Source of the DNA: Thermoplasmata archaeon
GTDB taxonomy: Archaea; Thermoplasmatota; Thermoplasmata; Lutacidiplasmatales; UBA184
Reading direction: 5' to 3'
Assembly: GCA_028864975.1 (NCBI GenBank)
Contig: JAGWLG010000011.1
Span: 26,081-90,080, forward strand
Length of the DNA stretch: 64,000 nucleotides
The notes under the pieces were generated by a model. The model saw only the letters and a program-made list of their open reading frames with translations, ran no database searches and was not told where the DNA came from. Below, piece by piece: positions 28,631 to 36,587 of this stretch (position 1 is its first letter; every line of letters starts with the position of its first letter). Made by a program: the position numbers and the translations under genes.

Positions 28631-29662
28631 ATGAGGTACACCCGGAAGGAGGCGAAGTCCTGGGCCCGTGAGAAGATGGTCGGTCAGTGGACGACCATGA
28701 TGACCCCCTTCTCCACGGACGGGGAGCTGGACCTTCGCGGACTCGCCTCCAACATCGAGCGCGTTCTCCAGCTCGGCACGAAGGGGCTGGGCTTCTCCTG
28801 GAACATGGGGGAGTTCTGGAGCCTGACCCACGAGGAGCGGCTTCGTCTCATGGAGGCGGTCCCTCCTCTCGTCCGCGGCCGTGCCTTGACCGCCTTTCAA
28901 GTGACCCACACGTCTGAGCGCGAGGTGGTCGCGCTCGCCCGACGAGCTCAGGAGCTGGGGTACGACCTAGCGATCCTCGCGGCCCCCTACATCATGACGA
29001 AGACCGAGGAGCAGGTCCTGGACTTCGTCTCCCGCGTTGCGAATCAGGTGGACCTGGGCCTGGCGTTCTACAACTCTCCTCAGTTCGGCATCGTCCTCTC
29101 GGCCAAGGCCCTTTCCACGATGGCGGATCTTCCGACCCTGGTCGCCATCAAGGAAGCGAGCTTCAACCTCTCCCTCTCGATCGACACGCACCTGCAGGCC
29201 GGGGCGAAGGCGGTGGTCAGCGTGCCGGACGAGGAGATCTTCTTCGTCGGGGAGCCGTACGGGATCCACCAGCAGGTGATGTTCGCCAACACCAGCGACT
29301 GGCGCTTCGACACCCCCTCCCGGCATGACTACGTCCGGTTCATCGACCTCGCGACGCGCGGCGACCTCGAGGAGGCGCGGGCCCTCTATCCCAGGATCTG
29401 GCCCGTGAAGCGCGTCTCCCGGAAGTGGTGGGGAAAGCTCGCCGGCAGGACCGGTGGTGCCCTCCCTGTCCAGATGGTGAAGTACTGGGGGGAGCTAGTC
29501 GGGATGGTCCATGGGCCGGTCCGCCCCCCGGTCCTGCCGCTCACCTCGGCGGAGATGACGGAGCTCCGCTCAGACCTGGAGCCCCTCGGGCTCCTCCAGG
29601 GAGGACAAGAGAGGTCCAAGGGGGGAAGGGCATCGTATGGTCCTGCCATCATCGCGCCCTGA
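28631..29662 (+). CDS. Dihydrodipicolinate synthase-family class I aldolase/lyase
   Basis: TPFSTDGELD, GEFWSLTHEER, FYNSP (Tyr), AIKEAS (Schiff-base Lys), GPVRPPVLPLT; GSTGE motif replaced by WNMGE. Confidence 0.85.
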   Translation: MRYTRKEAKSWAREKMVGQWTTMMTPFSTDGELDLRGLASNIERVLQLGTKGLGFSWNMGEFWSLTHEERLRLMEAVPPLVRGRALTAFQVTHTSEREVVALARRAQELGYDLAILAAPYIMTKTEEQVLDFVSRVANQVDLGLAFYNSPQFGIVLSAKALSTMADLPTLVAIKEASFNLSLSIDTHLQAGAKAVVSVPDEEIFFVGEPYGIHQQVMFANTSDWRFDTPSRHDYVRFIDLATRGDLEEARALYPRIWPVKRVSRKWWGKLAGRTGGALPVQMVKYWGELVGMVHGPVRPPVLPLTSAEMTELRSDLEPLGLLQGGQERSKGGRASYGPAIIAP

Positions 29663-30449
29663 GGACGAGCTCGCTCTCGGGCGGGTCCGTGAGGGCCTTC
29701 GGCCGATGCGCCAGACCTTCACCGTGGTCGATGGCGGTCGAAGGGTCCGCCTTCGCGTGTCCAGGGTCGGGGTTGGTGCCCTCCTCACCAGGTACGGCCG
29801 GTTCTACCAGAGCGAGTTCGAGGTCTCGGACCGCTGGCGTCGCTACGCGGTCCTCTCTCCGGGAGAGCTCGGCGAGCGGCTCCTTCCGAGGCTCGACCGG
29901 GGGAGGGCGCTCCCCCTTCGGATCGATTCGGGATGCGACACGGGACAGACAGGGGGCGACCTGACCTGCGACTGCCGAGCGCAGCTTGACCGGTCCCTCC
30001 AGAGGATGGCGCGGCGCCACCGGGGCTTTGTGATCCGCGTCCCGGAGCAAGAGGGGAAGGGGTGGGGTCTCCACCACAAGCTCGCAGCGCATTGGCTGCA
30101 GGAGCAGCTTGGCATCAGCAACCTGGAAGCGGTGAGCCGACTCGACCCGGGAGCGGAGCTCGACCAGCGGACGTACGGGGGCGTGGCGGCCGTGCTCAGG
30201 TCCCTCGGGGTTCCCGTGGGGGCTCGCCTCCAGCTGATGACGAACAACCCGGAGAAGGTCCGTGGCCTGGAGGCGAACGGCTTCCGCGTGGTCCGGGAGC
30301 CTCTGGTCATCCGTCCGACGCCGTTGACCCGCCTCAACCTCATGGCGAAGCAGCGGGTCCTCCACCACATCGGGCTGGTCCCGGAGGAGAAGGAGGAGCG
30401 TCGGAACGCGGCTGGGGACGCGAGGACCCGAGTTCCGATCACGGCGTGA
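29637..30449 (+). CDS. GTP cyclohydrolase II (RibA)-like protein, divergent
   Basis: RIDSGCDTGQTGGDLTCDC (Cx10CxC Zn ligands), QEGKGWG, DQRTY, LMTNNPEKV. Confidence 0.8.
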   Translation: MVLPSSRPEDELALGRVREGLRPMRQTFTVVDGGRRVRLRVSRVGVGALLTRYGRFYQSEFEVSDRWRRYAVLSPGELGERLLPRLDRGRALPLRIDSGCDTGQTGGDLTCDCRAQLDRSLQRMARRHRGFVIRVPEQEGKGWGLHHKLAAHWLQEQLGISNLEAVSRLDPGAELDQRTYGGVAAVLRSLGVPVGARLQLMTNNPEKVRGLEANGFRVVREPLVIRPTPLTRLNLMAKQRVLHHIGLVPEEKEERRNAAGDARTRVPITA

Positions 30450-30561
30450 ACCTCCGCGCGGCTCGGAGCGCGCACGGGTGTGCGTGAACTTGGAGAGACT
30501 GACGAGAATAGTACTCTCCGCGGGAAGTGTTTAGGCTCCGAGCGGAGCGGGAAAGGAAAGC

Positions 30562-31053
30562 ATGCTCGCAAAGAAACCCCACCCGACGACCACGACGACC
30601 ACCCTGCGGACGACCCCGGCCCGGGGTTTGTCGAACTACATGGACCAGCTCTTCGAGAACTTCCGGGAAGAAATGATGACGGGGCTCCTCCCCCGGTCGA
30701 CCCTCTTCGAAGGATGGCCCAGTGGACGTTGGTTCCCTGCCCTTCTGGATGTGGAGGACAAGGGAAGCACCTACGAGATCCGCACGGACCTCCCCGGTGC
30801 CCGGAAGGACGAGATCGAGGTGAAGGTCTCGGGGCACAGCCTCCAGATCCAGGCTCAACAGACCCACGAGCTCTCCGAGGAGAGGAAGAACTACCTGTGC
30901 CACGAAAGGACCTACGGAGGATTCGAGAGGACCGTCGATCTCCCGGAGGACGTCGTCCCGGAGAAGATCTCGGCTCAGTACAAGGACGGGGTCCTGATGG
31001 TGAGCGTCCCCAAGGCGCACCCGGTCCCCGAAAGAAAGATCCCGGTCGGCTGA
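30562..31053 (+). CDS. Small heat shock protein Hsp20/alpha-crystallin
   Basis: PALLDVEDKG..YEIRTDLPG, ERTYGGFERTVDLP, AQYKDGVL.VSVPK, C-terminal IPV. Confidence 0.93.
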   Translation: MLAKKPHPTTTTTTLRTTPARGLSNYMDQLFENFREEMMTGLLPRSTLFEGWPSGRWFPALLDVEDKGSTYEIRTDLPGARKDEIEVKVSGHSLQIQAQQTHELSEERKNYLCHERTYGGFERTVDLPEDVVPEKISAQYKDGVLMVSVPKAHPVPERKIPVG

Positions 31054-31072
31054 ACCCTCGCCACCCGGGCTG

Positions 31073-31104
31073 CCCGGTCGGAGCTTATCGCCGCTCCGAC
31101 CGGG
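31073..31104 (+). terminator. 12-bp perfect hairpin downstream of hsp20
   Basis: CCCGGTCGGAGC-TTATCGCC-GCTCCGACCGGG; no U-tract. Confidence 0.4.
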
Positions 31105-31481
31105 GGAGGAAGGTGCAAGATTCCCCCGCGCACACGCGACCTCGAACTTCGGGTCCGTCACCTGTCGTCCACGTGCTCACCGACATGAACGGGCCCGTTC
31201 ATGGCCCCGAACGTGAGTGTCTTCCCATATGTCGAGCTCGATCGCGCAGCGCTTCTGGGGCCTCTGGCCCAGCCGCGGGACCCATGGGTCGCCGTCGGCC
31301 CCCAGTCCCCGGTCCCACCGGCGGGAAGGTGATGACCTCGAGGTCGCACTTCGTGAGGCCTTGAGAGAACTCTCGAAGGTTCGCACAGGTCCGCGGCAGA
31401 GTGTCGCGCCGTGACCTCCAGGCCACTACGTTAGCTTCGGGATCGCGACCGTTCAATTCCTACCCCCAGCATCCCCCCCGG

Positions 31482-31754
31482 ATGAGGAGCACCACGACCT
31501 TTCGCCCCGCCATGCGGTGGATGATCGAGGCGGACGGACGGGGGTCCGAGCTCCGTGAAGGACGCTCCTGGCCTCAGACCACCCGAGCGAGTGCGCCACG
31601 CGACGTGGAACCGGCCTTCCGCGAACTGATGCGGGAGATCGAGGGCCTGCAGGACCGGACCCGTTTGAACCTGGAGATGATCCGGCTCGAGATCGGGAAC
31701 GGAAAGGCCCCGGGTCCGAGGGACCGGTCGCGGGAGAGACCTCAGCCACGGTAG
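31482..31754 (+). CDS. Small hypothetical protein
   Basis: Amphipathic helix FRELMREIEGLQDRTRLNLEMIRLEI; weak TATA-like TTCAATT upstream. Confidence 0.4.
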   Translation: MRSTTTFRPAMRWMIEADGRGSELREGRSWPQTTRASAPRDVEPAFRELMREIEGLQDRTRLNLEMIRLEIGNGKAPGPRDRSRERPQPR

Positions 31755-31854
31755 CCGCTCCGGCGGAGCGCCTTCGTCGGGTCGGTGGCCCGGCTCCTCG
31801 GTGCCTCACCCGTGCGGTCGTACCGATTAGCCCCGGCCCCGCGTCGCCTCCTCG

Positions 31855-32457
31855 ATGGAGAGGTCGACGGGAGCTCCCCTTCCGGGAGGGCGGGGACTCT
31901 ACGAGGTGCGTTTCCACGGTCGAGGAGGACAAGGCACGGTCATCGCCTCGGTCCTGCTCGCCGAGGCCGCCTTTCATGAGGGAAAGGGGGTCCAGGCGTT
32001 CCCTTTCTTCGGCGTCGAGCGAAGGGGAGCCCCCGTCGTCGCGCACACGCGGATCGCGGACGGACAGATCCGTCTCGCGTGCGATGTCGACCGCCCTGAC
32101 GCCCTCATCGTCATGGACCCCTCGCTCATCTCGAGCGTCGCGGGGCCCTCCCTGAAGGCCTTGCGGCCCGGAGGTTTCGCCCTTCTCAATTCCTCAAGGT
32201 CGGCGAAGGAACTGGGCCTCTCGGACGTGGCCGGCCACGTCGTCTGCTTCGATGCCTCGACCATCGCCCGGGAGCACGGGCTCGGCTCCGCCGCGAGCCC
32301 CATCGTGAACACGGTCGTGCTGGGAGCGTTCTCCCGCCTTACCGGGGTCGTCTCCTGGCCCTCCCTGCGAGCTGCGATCGAAAAGAAGGTCCCCACGAAG
32401 ACCGAGGCGAACATCGCCGCCGCCCAGAAGGCCTACACGGCCAAGGGGTCCCCGTGA
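31855..32457 (+). CDS. porC: 2-oxoacid:ferredoxin oxidoreductase gamma subunit
   Basis: EVRFHGRGGQG, PFFGVERRGAPV, PDALIVMD, PIVNTVVLGA. Confidence 0.93.
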   Translation: MERSTGAPLPGGRGLYEVRFHGRGGQGTVIASVLLAEAAFHEGKGVQAFPFFGVERRGAPVVAHTRIADGQIRLACDVDRPDALIVMDPSLISSVAGPSLKALRPGGFALLNSSRSAKELGLSDVAGHVVCFDASTIAREHGLGSAASPIVNTVVLGAFSRLTGVVSWPSLRAAIEKKVPTKTEANIAAAQKAYTAKGSP

Positions 32458-32726
32458 CGCGTCTCGATTCCCGAGAGATCACCGTCCCCTACGCCTGGCG
32501 GTCGACGCGGGAGATCTCCTCGGCCGCCTCTTGGCGCTCCCAGCGGCCGATCCTGGAGCTCGACAAGTGCACCGGTTGCATGGTCTGCTGGAAGTTCTGT
32601 CCCGAGCCGGCGATCATCCCCGACGGGAAGAAGGTCCGGTTCGACCTCTCCGCCTGCAAGGGGTGCGGCGTCTGCGAGGAGACCTGCGCACCGAGGGCCA
32701 TCCACATGGAGACGGAGGGGCTCTGA
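32454..32726 (+). CDS. porD: 2-oxoacid:ferredoxin oxidoreductase delta subunit (2x[4Fe-4S])
   Basis: WRSQRP, CTGCMVCWKFCP, CKGCGVCEETC; GTGA overlap with porC. Confidence 0.93.
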   Translation: MTRLDSREITVPYAWRSTREISSAASWRSQRPILELDKCTGCMVCWKFCPEPAIIPDGKKVRFDLSACKGCGVCEETCAPRAIHMETEGL

Positions 32727-33904
32727 TGGCGGCGGAACTGCTGAGCGGGAACCAGGCCGTGGGGGAGGCCGTCCGCCTCGCCAAGGCCCAGGTCGTCTCC
32801 GCCTATCCCATCACGCCGCAGACCACGATCGTGGAACATCTGGCGGAGCTCATCGGTTCACGCCGTCTCGCTGCGGACTACATCACCGTCGAGAGCGAGC
32901 ACTCCGCGATGGCCGCGTGCATCGGGGCCTCCCTTGCGGGCGCGAGGACCTTCACGGCGACCTCCAGCCAGGGCCTCGCGCTGATGCACGAGATGCTCCA
33001 CTGGGCGAGCGGGCAGAGGGCTCCGATCGTCATGGCCAACGTCAACCGGGCGCTGGCGCCCCCATGGAACATCTGGGTCGACCACTCGGACTCGATGTCC
33101 CAGCGCGACACCGGATGGATCCAGCTCTACGCCGAGACGAACCAGGAGGCCCTCGACACGGTCCTCCAGGCCTTCCGCGTCGCCGAAGACCCGTCGATCA
33201 TGCTCCCCGCGATGGTGATGCTGGACGCCTTCGTCCTCTCGCACACCTACATGCCGGTCGAGCTACCCGATGCCCGCGTCGTCGATCGCTTCCTGCCCTC
33301 GTTCTCGCCGGTCGAGAAGCTCACGCCAGGGAGCATGCAGCTCTTCGGCTCCTTCTCCCCGCCGAACCTCTGCTTCATGGAGCTGCGGTCCGCCATGGCG
33401 GAGGCCATGGGTCGGGCACGCGGGCTCCTGCTCCGGGCGAGCAAGGAGTATGCCGAGCTCACCGGTCGGCCTGCGCTCGGGCTCGTCGAGGAGTACCGCA
33501 CCGAGGGCGCGGACGTGGTCCTCCTCGCCGCCGGGTCGCTGGCCGCGACGGCCCGGGACGCGGTCGACCTCCTGCAGAACGAGGGAAAGAGGGTCGGGCT
33601 CGTCCGGGTCCGGGCCTTCCGCCCGTTCCCGGAGAAGGAGGTCCGTGCCCTGGGGCGGCGGTTCGGGACCCTGGGCGTGCTCGACCGAGCCTACTCGTAT
33701 GGCGCCGGGGGTCCGATCGCTTCCGAGGTACGTGCCGCCCTCTACGGGCTACCGCGTCCACCCAGGGTCGCCTCGTTCATCCTGGGGCTGGGGGGCCGGG
33801 ATGTGCGACCTGACGACCTGGTGAAGCTCTATCGCCGTCTGCTCAGAGGGGAGACCCCGAAGGAAGAGTGGGTGGGGCTCCACGCACCCGCGGGAGGGAC
33901 CTGA
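32726..33904 (+). CDS. porA: 2-oxoacid:ferredoxin oxidoreductase alpha subunit
   Basis: LSGNQAV, AYPITPQT, VESEHSAM, FTATSSQGLALMHE, RVRAFRPFP, LGGRD; ATG 32726. Confidence 0.95.
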   Translation: MAAELLSGNQAVGEAVRLAKAQVVSAYPITPQTTIVEHLAELIGSRRLAADYITVESEHSAMAACIGASLAGARTFTATSSQGLALMHEMLHWASGQRAPIVMANVNRALAPPWNIWVDHSDSMSQRDTGWIQLYAETNQEALDTVLQAFRVAEDPSIMLPAMVMLDAFVLSHTYMPVELPDARVVDRFLPSFSPVEKLTPGSMQLFGSFSPPNLCFMELRSAMAEAMGRARGLLLRASKEYAELTGRPALGLVEEYRTEGADVVLLAAGSLAATARDAVDLLQNEGKRVGLVRVRAFRPFPEKEVRALGRRFGTLGVLDRAYSYGAGGPIASEVRAALYGLPRPPRVASFILGLGGRDVRPDDLVKLYRRLLRGETPKEEWVGLHAPAGGT

Positions 33905-33906
33905 CC

Positions 33907-35040
33907 ATGGCGAAGCTCACCCTCCCCGAGCGGGAGCTCGTCGAACCCGGTCACCTGGCCTGTCAGGGATGCGGGGCCGCGCTCGCGATGCGCCTCTTCC
34001 TGAAGGGGACGGGACCGGACACGGCGCTCGTCATCCCCGCCTGCTGCTGGGCCGTGATCGCGGGACCCATGCCCACGACCTGCCTCAAGGTCCCCACCGC
34101 CTTCTCCGCCTTCGAGGCGACGGCCTCGGTCGCCTCGGGGATTAAGGCCGGCCTCCGACGGACCGGTCGCGGCGAGACGCTCGTCGCGGGGTTCGCGGGC
34201 GACGGAGGGACCGCCGATATCGGGATCCAGGCGCTCTCGGGGGCGGCCGAGCGCAACGAGGACATGATCTACGTCTGCTACGACAACGAGGCGTACATGA
34301 ACACCGGGATCCAGCGGAGCGGCTCGACGCTCCCGGGGACCTGGACGACGACCACTCCCGCCGGGGTCGGCAAGACCACCCCGAAGAAGGACATGCCCGC
34401 CATCATGGCCGCGCACGCCATCCCGTACGTGGCCACGCTCAACCCGTCGTTCCCGGAGGACTTCGTCGCGAAGGTGAAGAAAGCCGCCTCGATGCACGGG
34501 CTGCGCTACCTGCACGTCCTGGCCGACTGCCCGACGGGGTGGAAGCACGACCCGTCGCTGATGGTGAAGGTGGGAAGGCTCGCGACCACGAGCCACCTCT
34601 GGCCCCTCTACGAGGTCGTCGAGGGCGCCTACCGCGTGACCTGGGAGCCGTCGAATCCGACCCCGCTCGAGGAGTATCTCAAACTGCAAGGACGCTTCGC
34701 GGGGATGAGCCCCGCCGAGGTGGCATCGTTGAAGAAGATGGTAGAGGAACGGTGGAAGGCGCTGAAAGCACGAACCACGACGGGGACCTTGGCGACGGGG
34801 AGCTCTCCGCCCTCGTCGGCCACCGTGGCACCGGTGCCGTCTGCCCCGAGTCCTCGGGCTCCCGCCCCTGCATCGACCTCCAAGATGGGTCCTCCGGCCA
34901 TTTCCGCCACCTCGAGGGCGGAGGCGGCCGAACTGCCGCTCTGCTACAAGACGGCGAAGCGTTGCGATGGGAGCTGTGGGATGCTCCAACCGGGAGGACT
35001 ATGCTGGGAGCTCTTCGCGTTGGGGCCCAGGCACTTCTGA
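33907..35040 (+). CDS. porB: 2-oxoacid:ferredoxin oxidoreductase beta subunit with C-terminal extension
   Basis: GHLACQGCG, TPP motif GDGGTADIG...YDNEAYMNTGIQ, CPTGW, YLKLQGRF; extra linker and Cys4 tail. Confidence 0.93.
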   Translation: MAKLTLPERELVEPGHLACQGCGAALAMRLFLKGTGPDTALVIPACCWAVIAGPMPTTCLKVPTAFSAFEATASVASGIKAGLRRTGRGETLVAGFAGDGGTADIGIQALSGAAERNEDMIYVCYDNEAYMNTGIQRSGSTLPGTWTTTTPAGVGKTTPKKDMPAIMAAHAIPYVATLNPSFPEDFVAKVKKAASMHGLRYLHVLADCPTGWKHDPSLMVKVGRLATTSHLWPLYEVVEGAYRVTWEPSNPTPLEEYLKLQGRFAGMSPAEVASLKKMVEERWKALKARTTTGTLATGSSPPSSATVAPVPSAPSPRAPAPASTSKMGPPAISATSRAEAAELPLCYKTAKRCDGSCGMLQPGGLCWELFALGPRHF

Positions 35041-35109
35041 CGGCCGTACGGCCTTCCCCACGGGTCTGAACTAGCCCGGAGATGCGGCTGTCCCACGAGA
35101 AGCTCTGAG

Positions 35110-35427
35110 CTAGGCCACTTGGGCCCGAAGGTCATCGAGCTCCCGGACGACATCCACGCGAAGCCCCATTTCGACGACGCGCTGGTCCACGGTCCGGATG
35201 TCCGCCTTTAACTCGCTCCGAAGGGAGTCGATCTTCAGGTCCACCCTAGCGATATCGCTCTTCGTGGTGCCCTCGACGCGCGCCACATCCGAGCGAAGCG
35301 CCGCGAGCTCTCCCCGAACGGCGGTGATCTCCCCCCGAACGCCCGCGAGTTCTCCCTTGATCTCGCTCAGCTTGGGCAGCAGGAGCCGCTCGAGCCACCC
35401 CGGGACCTTCTCCACCGCTGCTCCCAC
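35110..35427 (-). CDS. Coiled-coil repeat hypothetical protein (DUF1640/CCDC90-like)
   Basis: KVPGWLERLLLPKLSEIKGE followed by heptad repeats. Confidence 0.6.
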   Translation of the reverse strand: MGAAVEKVPGWLERLLLPKLSEIKGELAGVRGEITAVRGELAALRSDVARVEGTTKSDIARVDLKIDSLRSELKADIRTVDQRVVEMGLRVDVVRELDDLRAQVA

Positions 35428-35781
35428 CGTCGCTCCTACCAGGCCTCTGCCTCCTCTTCAAGCCGCAGTCTTCGCGCATCACGCCACGAACGGCTCCAAA
35501 AGCCGAAGGAGACCTGGGCGCAGCGTGTAAGGTGCCTCGCCGGCCCGGGGGGAGATGAGAGGATAGCTTCCCCTGCTACCCCGTGACGTGAGTGAGGAAT
35601 TTCGAGGAGACCTCGGGGAGAAGTCTGCGGAACTGACACGTCGAGGTTCCAAGTCGACGCGTCGTCCCGAGGCCTGCGGGACGGCACTCTGCGACCCGGA
35701 CCCGACGGTCCCCCTACATCTCACTCACGAGGCGAAAACGAGGGACGTGAAGCCCCCGAGGGTTCGGATATCGCGACTCGT

Positions 35782-36198
35782 TTACGGGAGTCCAGGGACC
35801 CAGAGAGTTTCTGAGAGCCCTTCGAAATGGGCATCTCCGGTCGCGACCCGGGTCCCGAAGCGCCGCGCCGTTGCGAGGACAACCCCGTCGCCCAGGCCCG
35901 GGAGGGGGGACTTGCGCGAACGCGCCCGGGACCGAAGCTCGTCGGCGGCGCGCGCCCCTTCGACAGCAAGGGCAGGGTCGGTCGGGATCACGTAGGTGAA
36001 GACCCCCACTTGGGCCAGGTCCTGGAGCACCTGGGCGTCGGGTCTTCCCTTTCGGCGGCCGAACGCGGCGAGCTCGGCCAGGACGAGGGCCGGGCAGACG
36101 CAGAAGTCCGCCTGCTCGATCTGCTGACGGACCTTCCGGCCCATCTCCGTGCCCTCCAGCAGCTCGACCCACGCCCATGAGTCAATCGTGAGATTCAA
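35782..36198 (-). CDS. vapC: PIN-domain toxin (VapC)
   Basis: IDSWAWVE, LVLAEL, GDGVVLATA, ATGDAHF acidic PIN residues; TTG start overlaps the antitoxin end. Confidence 0.85.
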   Translation of the reverse strand: MNLTIDSWAWVELLEGTEMGRKVRQQIEQADFCVCPALVLAELAAFGRRKGRPDAQVLQDLAQVGVFTYVIPTDPALAVEGARAADELRSRARSRKSPLPGLGDGVVLATARRFGTRVATGDAHFEGLSETLWVPGLP

Positions 36199-36388
36199 GG
36201 CGGTCCGCCTCCGTGAAGGGCCCCACCCTCTTCCAGCTCCCCTGGAGCTTGTCCAGCGCCCTCGACCGACGCTCCTTCAGCAGCCGGCGAATCGTCTCCT
36301 CTGCGGTAGTTGTGTGGTAAACCTCTCGGAGGTGCTCGAGGTCCCTCAGCGTGGCGCGTGAGACTCGGACGGAAGTCAGGGCTGCCAT
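36182..36388 (-). CDS. Cognate antitoxin (VapB-like, RHH-type)
   Basis: 68 aa, TSVRVSRATLRDL...EETIRRLL; overlaps vapC. Confidence 0.75.
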   Translation of the reverse strand: MAALTSVRVSRATLRDLEHLREVYHTTTAEETIRRLLKERRSRALDKLQGSWKRVGPFTEADRLESHD

Positions 36389-36587
36389 GGCGTACGCATG
36401 CACGCATGCGTCTCAAGAGTTGCGCGGGCCGTCCTCGGACAACGATGACATTGTGCCGGGAGTTCCTCGATGTCATGGTCATGGAACCCACCTTTGCAAC
36501 ATCCCGGCTTGGCGGTCGGTGGTCTGGGGCGCGTATCCTGGTATTCGAACCTGCGAGGCGCCGGTAAGGCACCGGTCCCCCCCTGGG

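Noticed and set aside
35071-35112. Pyrrolysine-type TAG readthrough in the coiled-coil gene
   Set aside because: No pyl genes in the window, many ordinary genes here end in TAG, and readthrough adds only 12 unremarkable residues.
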